DNA of 64,000 nt from Podarcis pityusensis (taxonomy: Eukaryota). Below the pieces are notes generated by a model. The model worked only from the letters and a program-made list of their open reading frames with translations, did not search any database and had not been told where the DNA came from. The stretch is from assembly GCA_964106645.2 (NCBI GenBank), contig OZ067038.1. One strand, written 5' to 3'. A program made the position numbers and the translations under genes. Positions 12,601 through 27,600 of this stretch are shown in pieces; positions within the stretch are counted from its first letter, which is position 1; each line of letters starts with the position of its first letter.

Positions 12601-15600
12601 TAATTTATTATTACTAATTAAGTAAAATGTCTACTTCTCTCTTTCAGGTATCCAAACATATCTTGTGAGCTGCTTACTTCAGATGTTTCACAGATCAATG
12701 ATAGACTGGGAGAAGAGGAATCATTATTAACAAAACTGTATAGTTTTCTTCTAAATGAGCCACCCTTAAATCCGTTATTGGCCAGTTTCTTCAGCAAGGT
12801 GCTAAGTATTCTTATTAGCAGAAAACCAGAACAGGTAATTACTTAATTGCTTTCAACCGCCTAGCTTAAGTTACTTTCATTCCACTTGTTATCTTTAGAA
12901 GAGCAACAATCGTAATAGTTCTTATGGCAAATTAATGTTGGTGCCATATATAGATTTTCCAAAAAGAATATAAGAATATGTTGAGGCTCTTTAACCATCT
13001 GACCACCCATGGGCCATAAACCACCCTTGGAAGCTTCCTATTTGGTATTCTGGGCCTCTTTTCCTCTGCCTCTTGCCCTCAGCTTTCATGTCTTCCTCTC
13101 CAAATTGCAGGAACTGGAAGTCTCATCAGGATTGGAATGCTGGCATGGGAGGTTGTAGGCCTTCTGCATCTGTGATTGTATTATCTACAAAGACCCATTG
13201 AAACAAATGGAGATAGAAGAGTCAAACATTTTAACCTCTCATGACAGGATTCTCATCGAAATTGGTCCCCCAGGGCCTATTATTTGCATTTTGGGAAGGG
13301 GACCTCCCACAGTGCAGGGGTGGTTTTTCCTCAGTGCAAATTGCAATAGGGAGCTGTGCGTGCATGGAAGAAAATGAAAGGTGTGTGTGTCCTGAACCAT
13401 GTTGGCTCTGAAGGAATGTGGCCACTGGGGGTGGGGGAAGGCATCCCTTTCAAAGAGGGATAAGCCTTACTCTACTTAGTTTTTTTCTGGCAATTTAGTT
13501 CTTACTGTTTTTGTTGGCTTTATTATTTCACAACTTTGTGTTCTGTCTTATCTTTCACAGATCGTGGATTTCTTAAAGAAAAAGCATGATTTTGTAGACC
13601 TCATTATAAAGCACATAGGAACCTCTGCTATTATGGACTTGTTGCTCAGGCTGCTAACATGCATAGAACCTCCACAGCCCAGGCAAGAAGTGTTAAATGT
13701 AAGTAATTTCTTTTGGAATGGGAGTCATCTTTAAAAGTGAAGATTAGTGGCACTATTTTTGAAACTGAAATTGTAAATAGCTAGTGAGGTACCCTTGGCA
13801 TTCAATTTTTAAGTAGAGCAGGAAAAACCCTTTATTTGCAAAGGTGCTGTCTATGAAATGCTTACTTCTTTATTTATTTACTTGCAGCATTTTCATCCTA
13901 CTCTTCTGCCAAAAATGCTGAATAGATACCTAAATCTAAATGATAAGAGAGTTCCTTCCCTGAGATTTACAATCTCAAAAGATAAGACACAAAATGAAAA
14001 AGATCTGGGAGGTGGTAGAGAGGTTCCTGTTTTGATCAGTTGGAATGGAAATGCTAGCTCTCACCAAGCACTTAAATATTGTATTTGAACTGTAAACAAA
14101 TTCAATTTCAGCTGCTTTTAGTTTCCCCGTATTCCAGCTGTTTGTTACCTCGTTTAGATACATGACTATGATGCCATGAATGCATCTAGAAGCATGGAAA
14201 AGTCCACAAGGGACTGTGCTTCTATAGCAGTTGTGGTTTCAGATTGTTAGTAGTAACAACTGAGCTTGCCATAGCTTACACATGAATGAAATCAATGTTT
14301 TGCAGTAATTCTTGAAACACCTTGTCAACACATTCATTTAAAATATTGATTAACAGCAATTAAGTGTATTCCAGTTGTAGCTCAAATAGCATCTTAAGCC
14401 ATTTTGTGTTCTGTGTACGTCATTTTTCAGCTTGTCTGTAAATGTGAAGTAGAATGCTAGAGTGTGTTGACAAAAATATAAATGTAGTGTTGTCACCTTA
14501 CAGCAGCAGTGCATAAAAATCAGTCAGAGAGCAGGTTTTACTATTTCAATCACAGGAAAAGCAACTTTATTTTAATTTTAAAGCTGTGATTTCTCTTTAG
14601 AACTACGGTCTCCTCCATGCACCCCATTTGATAATCTTTTTTACCACATGCAAGTCTCTGTACCAGTCTATTAACCTTTCTCTCCATCTTTCAATGCATG
14701 TTGTCTTCTGTATTCCTGCAGCTCTAGCCACACTCCATAAGCCTCTCTACTGTCTATATTATGCCTCTCCCATTGCAGATATCTGTGTATCTCCCCTCCT
14801 CTTTTGCTATTTGTCCCCCCTCCATCTGTTGAAACAGCACATAAAGTTTTAATGCTCCTAGCAATTCACTTGCAGAATAATTCTTATAAGCTGGTAGGCT
14901 GTGTGTCATGGCTCAAAAAGCTGATGCCACCACCACCACACACCTCTGAATCAATGGAGGAGGAACATAGTGATGCCGAAATTTTCCTATCTTTGTTCCA
15001 CAAAGGTTGGAAGGACTGCAGATAACGCATATTTGGAATCCCTTCAGAGAACTGCGAATTGATTCATTGTTGACCTTTAGGGTTTACACTGTGCAGACTT
15101 GCATAACACAAATGTTAATTTTATTTCTAATTCCACAATCAGAGAAAAGCTAAATGGGCCTCTCATAGTCTTTGGATTAGTAATTTTAGAAGCAGAGGAT
15201 GATCTTAAGGCCTGGTTTCAGAAATACATATTGAATAATCTACAAAAATGCTGTTGGGGTTTAAGTAAACTTGGGAACATGATCTCCAGGAGGAACTGGA
15301 CATGTAGCAATGGATATGGCAGCATAGGTCACTTAAAATCAGTCTGCGCAAGCATAAGAGAAAATATAATATGCCAGTCACAGAAAGCTGGAGTGATGGT
15401 AAACAAAAGAGGTCTTATTTTTTTGGTGGGTCTACACAGTGATAACATATTTAATTAGCAGAATGATTCACATTAAAGGGCAGAACATATGCAAATGTCT
15501 CAAAATATTGCTCTTGTATACCTTGTGGGGAGAATGCTGGTATGTTGTTTAAAGATTTGGTGGTATCTTGCAGTCGCTAAAAAACTTACCAGCTGCAGTT

Positions 15601-18600
15601 AGAGTAGAAACAGTACCGGATGCCTTCTCTGCAACATGACAGATAATTAATATATATACTAATCAGTGTACTAGTGTAGAACATCTCCCCCCCCCCCACT
15701 CCCAAGAATGAATACAAAAAGATCTGGTATAATTGTTAGAGATCCTTTCTTTCTCCCCGGCACCCTTAAAGATTGCCCATTCTCATGTTCTTGGTTTTTA
15801 TAAGGAATTAGACTTTGCATGTGGTAATATCGCTTATGGGTTCCTTCCTGCAAGTTTCTGAAGTCTTACTGATGTTGTTATCTCTCGGAATGCACTTTTT
15901 AATGTATAATATCACTTGTGGGTGATACTGTCTATTTGATCTGTGTGACTGATGAAAATGTGAAAGGAGACTTAATTTCCTCCCCTCCCTCATATGTCTC
16001 TACAGTGGTTGAATGAAGAAAAAATAATTCAGCGGCTTGTGGAAATTGTGCATCCTTCTCAAGATGAAGATGTAAGGAATACATGTCGTGGTTTATATTC
16101 ACGTAAATTTTGTAGGAAAATTTTGTCCTTGGCTGCTCTCCATGCCAAGCCCCACGGAGCCCCTGCCACTTCTCCCCATCACCCAGATGATAAACCATCA
16201 CTTGTACTGTGACAAAATGTCTGCTGTCTCGCACTGCTAAGCATTGTGGAGATAGCAATCTTGTCTGCAATAGGATTGCTGGAGAGGGTCCTGTTAAAAG
16301 TGTGTGAGAGAGGGAGTTGGGGGAGATGGTTGTGTCTGTGTGAAAAGGGGAGTTGAATGTGTTTTGTTCAAGCTTAAGAGCAGTAAAAGGAGATACTGTC
16401 ACCAGCCCCACCCACTGGCATGCAGCTCCTGCCCACCCACCTACTGCCACATGTGCCCCCCAAGGGGCAAAAAGCCACTCTTCTCTGATTTAAAACTTTT
16501 CTGTGCATAGTTATGCCTTGCTTACAAAATCCACACACTTCAATTTTGTCGCCTGCATTCTATACAGAATGAGAAGCGTATAAGGAGGAGCTGCTGGTCC
16601 TGTAGCTTAACACTCATAATTTGTGTTGCCTTCTGGGAATTGGGTGAATTTGCATTTAAGTCTTAACCTTTGGTGCTAACTATCAATGAATACTGTAGGG
16701 GTTTTTTTTTTATTCCATAAACTGTCCTTGTTGTTTAGAGACACTCAAACGCATCCCAGTCACTCTGTGAAATTATCCGCTTGAGTAGAGACCAGATGCT
16801 ACAAGTACAAAACAGTTCAGAACCAGATCCACTGCTTGCAACACTAGAAAAGTAGGTTGACTTGATGTTGTCATTGCTGTCATAGATGTATGTATATATT
16901 CCATGGATATTGACATTTTTTGAAATGTTGAATGCTTTGCATGTGCCATGGAGAATGATGTAACTTGAATGCAAGTTCTGAAGTATGATAGTGCATTCTC
17001 TGTAAGAAACAAGACATAAAAATGCTTAGATCACATTAACAAAGATAAAAGAGTTTAATGTGTATTTTTTAAAAAAATAAATAAACAGCAACAACCTTGA
17101 GGTGCACTATATTCTGACCTAGTTCAGATGTTACGCTAAACCATGGTTTGGCATTACAGAGATAAGCAAGCATGAGTTTCAGTCTTCCATGCTTGTTCCT
17201 TCCCTCTTGTGCATGCAAGTGGAGGAAATAGTAAAAGGCTCAGAGAGAGAAAGTACATGGTTTGCAAAGGTGATGGTACTAAGTAAGGAAACTTACTTAT
17301 ATTTTTTATCTATATAAGCAGATGTTAAAGTAACTTAATGCCTTGAAATCTATGAATGGTAAAACTAGAATCTGTACTCTTTAAAGGGGTCTCAAATAAA
17401 TTTTATGCACTATTTGTTGATGCTTGCAGTACATAACTGGTGTTGGTGGTGCAGTATATAGCCTGATATCCACAGAATGGGAACTGAGCAAGGGAGTTAA
17501 CCTTTTGTCTAGAGAGTGGGTTGTAGGATTGCATTCAAGAACTAATGGGGCGGTGGCCAAGGGCAGAGTTTGTGTGCATAGTAGATAACAGCAATGTCCA
17601 GAAATACTAAATGTTTATATTGGTCAAGACTGCTCCCCCAGTTATGAAAGTATTTTAGTGCCATGTGATCATTTCCTGGTTTATGAGCTTGCCATTACTG
17701 TTACAAGGATTAGGGTTGCTATTAAAATAATTCTGATTCTTTTATTAAAGAAAAATGCAAGCAGCTCTGGACCAAAGAACAAACTGTAGGCCATATGTAT
17801 ACCTTTCCTGAAAAATATGTATTTATTCATTTCAGAATATATTTAGTGTCCCCTCCCCCTGCAAAAGATCTAGGTGTGTGATACAGTTTTGAAGCAATGC
17901 TATATCCAGTTAATTAAGTATAGCAGGTGAAAATACAAATTTAGCTTAGAAGCAGTCTAATATTCCATAAATGCCTGAGCAAAAAGACATGTCTTAACTG
18001 AGCACTGTAATGTTAAAAAATTTGGTGCCTGGTTTATAGATGTGTCACTGTAGAAAAGGCACTACTATCATGTGGCACCACTGAATGTATTGCCTCTGGT
18101 TGTGGAACAATGAGAAGAACCTGGGCAGGTTGATAAAAGGAGAAGCATTCCTTCAGATGCCTACACCTACAAAAGGGAATGTTAAATTTCCAACAATGTT
18201 TTCTCTCTCTTTAGAAAAGAAATAATAGAACAGCTGCTATCAAATATATTCCATAAAGAGAAAAATGAATCCGCTATAGTCAGTGCAATTCAGATATTGC
18301 TGACCTTACTGGAAACGAGACGGCCAACGTAAGATTGTCTTTTAATGTTTCTACTGTTTAACAGTATTTTATCCAGCAGCAGTTGCGTTGTTTCTATCCT
18401 GGTCAGATGACTGTGTGCAGTTGCATATATATAAAGGTTTCTGAATGAGGATTTTTCTGATCTCTACCTAGTTTTGTGGATTCTGGATAGTAAGAAGGTG
18501 TTTAGCAAATGCAGTTTAACTATACATGTAAAAGGCCACTTTCTGTCCATTCTGGCACTGATTTCACTATAGGGAACAGTTGGAACAAGATGGTATCATT

Positions 18601-21600
18601 TGTGTAAATTAATGTCATTAGTTTATATTAATGTCTTAGTTGGTAGAGCATGAGTCACTACTTCTTAGGGTCGTGAGCCCCACGTTGTGAAAAAGATTCC
18701 TGCATTGCAGGGGGTTGAACTATATGACCCTCATGATCCCTTCCAATTCTGTAATTCTATGTTTCTATTAAATTGATGTAAATTGTGACTACATTATCTG
18801 TACCTAAACATTTATCTTATACACATTCTTGGAAATAATAAGTCTTGCACAGTCCAAGTGGAAGCTTCTGAAATGGGGTCATCATGAATACATCACTGCA
18901 AAAATATGAGATTCATGTTGCTTGGAAGTCAGTTTTTGTGTATGTTAATCGAATTTTTAAAACATCATTTTACTGTGTGTTTGTGTGTCAGGTTGAGGGA
19001 AAGACTAAAGAATTGTTAGATGTGGGTCGGTGAACAACAATGCAGATACTGTATCACCTTAATTGAAAGGAGAGTTGAATGTAAAATTTTTGATTTGTTG
19101 CCTTTACTATTATCTAGCCTAGTCAGCTTGCTGATCTATCTGTCTTTTTAAAGTAGCTGTGCTTTCTATGTTAAAGAGCTTACCTTTTCTTCATTTTAGA
19201 TTTGAAGGTCACATAGAGATTTGCCCACCAGGTATGAGCCACTCAACATATTTGGTCAACAAGAGTGTATTAGAAGCCATAAAAGCACGACTTCCATCCT
19301 TCCATGAACTGCTCTTGGAGCCCCCCAAAGTAAGTAAAACATTTAGCGCATGTGAAATTGGAGCCATTCTGTTCCATAAATCCAGCTTCGAGAGCACTCA
19401 TCCACTATTTGATGAATTGGACATTGGTGGGTAACCTATATACACTTGGCTTTTAAGAGTTGTTTTTAATCTGTTATGTTTGCTGTTTGCTTTGTTTGAT
19501 ATTATATTATATTATTTCTGCCATTTTAATATTATATGACATCTCCTTTGGGCATCTCAGTAATGAGGTGGAAAGGTGTGGATAAATATTTTAAATAAGT
19601 AAATAAGCCACCCTTCTTTCAGTCCCAGAGGGGAGTCTCTCTATCACCTCAGCGACCAAACTGCTTCTCCCATCTCTTCCTCATTTTGTGTTCACAGTGT
19701 AGAAGTGAACCTCCATTGCCAAGGAAACTGAGAGCATTATATTGCCCGATTCTAGTTCTGCTTCTTTCCCTTTCTTGACGTGCAGAACCAAGCTTTGCAG
19801 CATGATTGTCTAGATCAGCCTTCCCCATCCTAGTGCACTGTATATATTTTCTCCAACTCCCATCACCCCAAATAGCATGACCAATGGTCAAGGATGATAG
19901 GTGGTAGTCTAGCAACCTTTGGAGGACACCGGATTAGGGAAGGCTGATCTACCTTCCAACTTTGGTAGTGAGGCTTTGAAGAAGTTGAGAAGTTATGCCA
20001 GTCTCCTCCCTGTTCTCCAATGCTAAGCAGCAAGAGTGACTTGCCATTTATTGGCTTCTTCAAAGCCTTGAACAGAATGAAATAGCCTTGTCCATCCAAT
20101 ACTCTGTGTATGCCAAAGGAAGGAGGCTAAGTCTCAATCTTGTTATGGTTTTTGCAAAAGAAATGCAACTTTGAGAACTTGGGGGAGAAGTGTTTTGTCA
20201 TTGGTGAACTGATCATTGAACTGCTTATTCTACATATATGTCCTCACATTTTCAGCCCATGATATTGTAGAACATAATGTATGGGACTAACATTGAGTTT
20301 CTCTTTTAGGTATTCTGCTAAAAGTTTCAGACTTAGTTTTGTGATTACCTTGTTTCCTCTTGTCCCCTCCCACTTGTGGATAAATAGTACTTTGGAGTTT
20401 GAGTAATATTTCAATATTTTTGTTGTCTTTTTTGTCTAGAAAAGTGTTATGAAGACAACATGGGGTGTATTGGATCCACCTGTAGGGAATACCAGGTTAA
20501 ATGTGATCAGATTAATATCCAGCCTTCTACAGACAAATACAAACAGTGTAAACCTGGAACTTATAGAGCTCAATAGCATAGGAGTTATACTGGTAAGAGC
20601 ATAAATACTTGCAATATTGACTTTCCTATCACAGATTATCACAGCAATGCTCGTAACTTTTTTATTGTGCTAATTGTTCCTAATCTTGCTATGTCATGAC
20701 ACTGGTAAAAGATACTCTGATTTCCTTGAGTGATTGAATGGAATGTTACCTGTGAAATTAATATTTCTGTGCTGCCTCAGGTTTTGTATCTGAAAGTCAA
20801 ATTAAATTACATGAGATATCCATGAATGGATCCTGTAACTTAAAAAGTACACTAAAATGCAGTCATGAACTATGGTTGACAGCAGTGTGTCGAGACCTGG
20901 GGGCATTCACTGATATTCTCTCCATAGGGAAAATAGACTCCAGATGATGGAGATTTTCAACTTGAAAATGGGGTGGGAGTAGAGAGTTAAGTCCCCTCCA
21001 TTGCAAACAAATTTGCACTTCCCTACAGGCATTTCAGTTCTTTTGAAAGTTGGGGTTCCAACCTCAGTCCTCATTCATAATGTGTAGTTTGTTACAAATA
21101 GTTTAATCATTTGTTAGGGGCAGATGCAATTGTGGGAAGTAGGAATGTCCCATGAGTTCAGAAGTCTGGAAAAATGGGGCTGCACTTTATTGGCCATAGC
21201 ACCATCATAAATTAAGATGGAGACACAGGCACTTTTTGTTTTATCTTAAACAGAATAAAATTGGTCAGTACATACATATAATCTGTGTTTGGTTAAGGGT
21301 ATTGAGAGCAGCTTGCATCTTCATGAGCAGCTGTCACTTTTTGTAGGAATTCTTATCAACTGATGTGATATACTCTAATATTCATGAGTAGTCTGTTTTG
21401 TTGGGAATGCAGAAATTTCTGCTAGCAGAGCTGCTGCATCTTCCATCCATAGGCTTCTCTGAGGCACTGCTAGCACAAATACTATAGTGGCATAAGATGG
21501 TTTGTGCATATGTTGATTGGGGACAGTAGTTTATTGAATTTTCTTTTTAAAGAACACTGAAACTAGGCTTAGTTATTACTATTACTACTTTGCTGCAATT

Positions 21601-24600
21601 GAGAGCAGCATTCAACTAACTTGTGCTTGAGCAAGGATTAGCAGTAGCACAAGTGGATTCCCCTTCTGCTTCCTCCAGATCTGTTTCAGAGAGTTAAAGA
21701 AAACCTTAGAACACATTTGGGAGGCACGAGAGGAGGAGAGCAGGAGAACGTTTCATCGCACAATGAGAAACCCTTGTGGTAACAGAATATTCACCTTAGT
21801 GCTACATTGAATGCAATCCTTAGTATACAAAATGACTCATTTTCAGTGAAGGCTCTCACTGACAGATGGGAAGAAGTGTTTTTCTCCACTTTTTCTAGAG
21901 ACTTGAGGGCCATCCTCCACTCCATTCTGCAAGGTCAACCCATGCTGCTCTGGACCAGGTCTTGGAAGGATGAAGGAAGGAAACAGCAAAAATTACTGTC
22001 CTTCTCTTCCAGTGGGAGCATTCTTTGAGTAGAGTTCAATTCACAGAAACTTAAGTACCCAGACTTGGATTTTAACAGGGCTACGTTTGACTCCAGTTTC
22101 TTTTTTTCCCTACAGGACATGTTTTTTAAGTACACATGGAATAACTTTTTACATACTCAAGTAGAAATTTGTATTGCATTGATTCTCGCAAGTCCATTTG
22201 AAAGCACAGAAAATGGTACAATTTCAGATCAGGATTCCACTGGAGACAACCTTTTGCTGAAACATGTAAGCTGTTTTTATTATTTGTAGTACTCTAGGTA
22301 TAATTGGGCTAGGCTCCCCACATAGAAACACTCAGTCAGCTAGGTAAGATGAATAAAAGCAAGGTGACCAAGAGGATGAAAAAGTTGCCATAGTTAAATT
22401 ACTGTTGTAAGGCTCTTACGCTTACCACCGTCCTGCTACCTTGCTCTAACAAAAACAGTTTTTGGTTTTAGCAGAAGTGTAGTACTCCAGAGCAATGGCA
22501 GCTGCAGTGCAAGAAATAAAGTTTTTTGATCTAAGTATAGATCAGCAACTAGTTCCTTTTGCTAGATTAAATAGGTAATCACGCCTTTTTTTTAAGCTGG
22601 CAACAGTGCAGCTATTAACTTGTGACAGAATATTTTGAAGTAGAGCTGCAGAGTAATAATCATTTCAGTCTTGTACTCTTTTTCAAATTTAGAATATGGT
22701 GAACTGGAAGGATCGGTTGGGGAAAATATGCATGGTATATTTGAAGATATGTAGCAAAAAATATATATTGCAAAAAAAAACTAAGGAAGCTTTTGTTTTA
22801 TAGCTTTTCCTTAAGTGCCATTTAATAGAACGAATACTTGAAGCATGGGAAATGAATGAGAAGAAACAGTGAGTAATCAAAACCCATTCCCTGCATTTGT
22901 AGTTATGCATGCTGTATACTATTTGGGAAGTAACATAGTACTTGATTTAATTCAAGACAAATTTAAACAAAATATTAACTGTACTTGATTGATGTTCACA
23001 AAGCATACTACTTTGGCCTAGAGGGAATATGTTCAAATCACTGGCTTCTTGAGCGGAGAAGGTTAGGCAAGTTCTCTCTCTTTCTATCCCTGCAGTGTTC
23101 ACTGCTGCTGTTTGTGGGTATGCACTTTGCACAAGCAATATATGGGTCTGCTTTTGCTAATTTAACTTCAGTATATTTTTATTATAAGAGCAAATTCATA
23201 TTTGAGCTAAGTCTGAAGAGTCATAAATAGTTTTAAGGGAGATCGCTGTATGCACAGCATAGGCATAGATGTGAATTTAAATATATCTTGATAAATTAAT
23301 GGCTATATTATAGAGTTGTGTATTCTGTAAAAGTAATCAACCCCCCGCCCCAACTAACATTTGTCCCATATGATACTCTGCACAACTCTTGAAATCAAAT
23401 TGAGGAGCAGAGTTTGAAATATTTTAACTGCCTAACAATTGATTGGCCTTTTTGTGAAGGACTGACCAAGTCACATTCTCTTCTCTTTGCCAAACAACCA
23501 TCTCGTTTACTTACATACTCTTCCAAACCTATAGAGAGAACAGTCTGTAACTAACAGATTAAACAACTGCCTATTTAAATAATGAAATGTTTTGACCGCT
23601 TGCAGGGCTGAAGGAGGAAGACGATATGGCTACATGGGTCACTTAACAAGAATAGCTAACTGTATTGTGCACAGTACGGATAAAGGGCCAAATTGTACAT
23701 TAGTGCAGCAGCTTATTAAAGGTAAGTGATGTACTTTTAAAGAAACAAATACTTGATCTTATTGCTGATTTCTAAATGTGGACAATGTATATCCCTATCT
23801 CCCCTTCTCACATGCCAAGCCTTTACCTTTGGGTTTGCTCTGAGAGTTTATCAGTCAGCCCATTGGTTCCTGCCTCTCCTACAACATCTTAAAAGTTAAT
23901 CACTGCAGAATTGATTGTCAGTGCATGTTATCTATATCTAAGCAAAGCTAAAATTCTACAGATTGATTCTGCCCGTTAGATATTTTTGCACTCTACCCCT
24001 GCTAGTTTTGTCTGTAATTTCTGTTATAGGGGCTGTTTATATACAAAAAATGAAAATTTGCCCTTTGGGGTAGATCAGTTTTATGCCAAGGCGATTTTAA
24101 CTGATTTGAGACACATTTTAAATCATGTTTCGCACTTTGAAGTGGACAAAGAGTGATTCAGACAGTAGAAGTTTCTTTAGAAAAGGCTGCATTCCTTATT
24201 AGGGCCACATACCAATTACAGGGAGAGATAAAAGCCAGCAGAGGGTTGGTTCAGAACCAGAAATGGGTAAGTGAATCTTAACTCCAGGAAGAATCTCAGA
24301 TTCTACTTTTAAGTCTCACATGTCTTCCTTCTGCATACAGCAAGGAACAAGGCAGAATTTCTAGCATGTGGGTTCTACCTTACATTGGGGGATGAGTGTA
24401 TATGTTTTTGTAATGCTTTTGGTATTTTAAAATAATAAAATAGAGTGAAAATTAATGTGCCTTACATGACAACATTCAGCAGCTTTATTATTAATTAATT
24501 TATTATTATCTTTCTGCTTGACTTTCTAGAGCTTCCAGATGAAATCAGGGAGCGATGGGAGACTTTCTGCACAAGTTCTTTAGGAGAAACAAACAAAAGA

Positions 24601-27600
24601 AACACAGTGGATCTAGTAGGTTTCATAAGATGAAGTTTCTGGGGGATTTTCTATGGGAATTTTGGCCCTTATTTGTCAAGAATGGAGGACAACACCGTTC
24701 TAACTCATAGAATCATAGAACTACAGAGTTGGAAGGGACACCAAGGATCATCTAGTCCAACCCACCACAATGCAGGGATTTCAGCCAGATCATACATGAC
24801 ATATGCCCCCCCCCCCAAAAAAACCCTTTGCTTTAAAACCTCCAAGGAAGGCGAGGCACTCCACTTGTCACTTTTTCCGGGATGACGAGGAACCATTAAT
24901 ATGCACTCGTGTCCAAGAGAGATTGTTATCCTATCTTTGTTTTGAAAGTCTGTGTAGCTCTAATTTTCAAAGTATACTACCTTTGTATCGTCTTAGAGAA
25001 TTCCTTTGCCAAAAATAGAGCCCTACTTTCGGATTTTGAACAGTACAGAGTTTCTTATAATTAATACCCCTGTCAGATTGGTCTTTTAATAATTCATTTA
25101 ATACATACATACGCACATATGTTTTTTGAACTATGTATAGACCACGTCTACTGGGAGTCAATGTATCTCACTCACATTTATGTCCATGTAATACTAAATC
25201 GTGACTTGCGAATACAAGGATGAGCTGCAGTGAATCTTGGTTTTGTGCTCTCTGGTGTGGTCATGAGGAGGTCAGAAGTTTTTCTGTTTTTAGATGAGCC
25301 ACAGTTAAGTATTATGTTTGAACCGTAAACTGTGGTTTATTTTAACTGTAGGAAAATGAGCCATGTTCAAAAATTATGGCTTGAGGTTGGCCATTCTTAT
25401 GGCTAAACACAACTGTTTTCAGCACGGGTGACCTTCACAGATGCCCCCCACAGCATATCCCACACCACTGGGAGTAGCATTTCAGGGGGCTACGTGGGGA
25501 AGGAAGAAGGAACAGGATTTGCTTTCTTTTCCCCCAGCAAGTGTGTCCTGTGAGCAAAGTTCTACTTATAGGAACTCTGTATCCAACCCAGAGTTTTTTG
25601 CAGTAGTGTTGATGAAGGCAGAGCTGCATCTTGCTACAGCAGACTTTCATTAGATACCTGATGCAGAACTATATTTAATTTCTTAGGCTTGTTGGCTGCT
25701 TTGTTAATGAATGTGTAAATTGAAAATCAGTTTTATTGTGTCCTTGGTTTGAAGAGGGAAATACATATTAGTGCTGAATGATTTAAATTGATTTAGTTAA
25801 CTGAAAGTAAATTGACTTAACAGTTCTTTCTAAGCAGCAGATATGAATAAGTAATGTGGAATCAGTATAGAATTCTCATGATACACTTCTGATGTGTGAA
25901 GCATTTAAAAGATATATGCATAGAAAACTTGTGACAAAATTCATCAGAATAGAATTTAAAACAGAGTTAAATGCATCAACATGATACATAGTGGTGTTGA
26001 CTGCAGACTGTTTCACTGGAATTTGCCTTTCCACGATGAAAATCTCCAGTTAAGAATGTGTAAATTTAACAGATTTTGCAGCTGAAATTTGTTTAACTTG
26101 TATTTCTTTTTAACACTGTGCATTAAAATCATTTTTTAATTAAAATTGACTTAGCTATGCAGTGTACTTTGATTACAATTTCTTAAGTCTGATTTTTTAT
26201 TTTTTAGGGCAAAGCAGACACTGGCAAAATTTGGATTTAAAAGTACAACACTTAATTGCTTTTATCCAGAGCCATACAACTACTGCTGCCTTACCAGGCA
26301 GCTCTGGGCTTTTATTTCCCAAGCATTAGTGCCCCCTGCCCCAGTATGTGATATAGTTGTTTTCTTATAAGGAATTAAAAAACTTACAGACTTTATTATG
26401 GGCGCATTGTTTTAAACCCTTTTTCTGATGCTGATTCTTTAATTGTTCTGTCTCTAGGTTACTACTTGTCATATACACTCATCCAGTGACGATGAAATTG
26501 ATTTTAAAGAAACTGGTTTCTCGCAGGATTCCTCTTTACAGCAAGTGAGTCAAACTCTGGACTGTTTGCAATTGTTTGCATTGATGCCTTAATTGAAAAG
26601 AACTTGGGTGAGACGATTGCCTTGGGAATTTGCAACTTTTAAAACTTAGATTTAGCATTTTTAAGATGAGGAAAAAATTGAAGGCATATCCTGAAAGCTG
26701 TGGAATTTTGGGGGAGGGGTATGTATGGTCACAACTTCCAGGATGTAAGTAATTTTGGTCTGTATCATTAATTTGATTAGAATTTCAATTCTCTAACAAC
26801 TCTTGTCAGTTGCAACTTTCTGAGGAGACATAAAGAGAGTTCAAAATATATGTTTTTAATACTGCAAACCATGTTTGGCTGATTGGAACATCGTGTGAAC
26901 TGACCTGTAAGAGTTAAGGCAGTTAATTCCTTTAGGTGTTCCAGTTGGCAAACTTAAAAGTGTAGTTACCTGCTTTCACAAATGTGTGGCACCCTCAAGC
27001 TGGAAATACTTGTGTTATTTCTCTTAACAGTCTTAGTGAACTGAATATATTCTGTAGTCTATTATCACCTGATTGTGAGTTAACGGTTCTTTTATGCTCA
27101 TGACTGTGGGACTAAAAGAGTTATAATCTTATCTGGGAGAGGAAGCAGACCACATGTTCCCACAGTCTTGGGTACCTCTGATCCTGCAGAAATGGTTGTT
27201 GGCAGTTGTACCACCAAAGGCATATATGACTAGTGCTTTAGAGGCTATTTTTTCTAGCACAGTTCTCTTTCCGACAAAATCACCCAGTTTCTGGCTGTGT
27301 ACTCAAATAAGGCACTTGAAAATCTGCTTTACTGTCTGTGAAAATGTAGCCTTAGTTTAACTGCAATTCTTGAATTAGCCTCTTTCTCCCCCTGTCTCCT
27401 GATACGCACTTTGGGGGTTTCTCCATCCATGGGCATAAAAGCTGTCTTCATCTGTGCCATGGTAGTTCATCAAATCTGAGTCTATCTTATTCTAACGAGT
27501 TAGTGACGACAGCTAGAAAAGTTACTCTGGATCATGCTTACTTAAAAGAGCTCCAAACTGTTGCAATAGCTTTTCTGTTTTCTGTGGCCTATGCAGAAAA

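Noticed and set aside
15932-16450. 172-aa minus-strand ORF
   Set aside because: Antisense to PPP6R3 exon 4 and its intron, with no recognisable domain; consistent with chance.
18633-18700. tRNA-Lys-like sequence as a tRNA gene
   Set aside because: The cloverleaf is broken (B-box deleted) and it is fused to a CR1-like tail, so it is a SINE.
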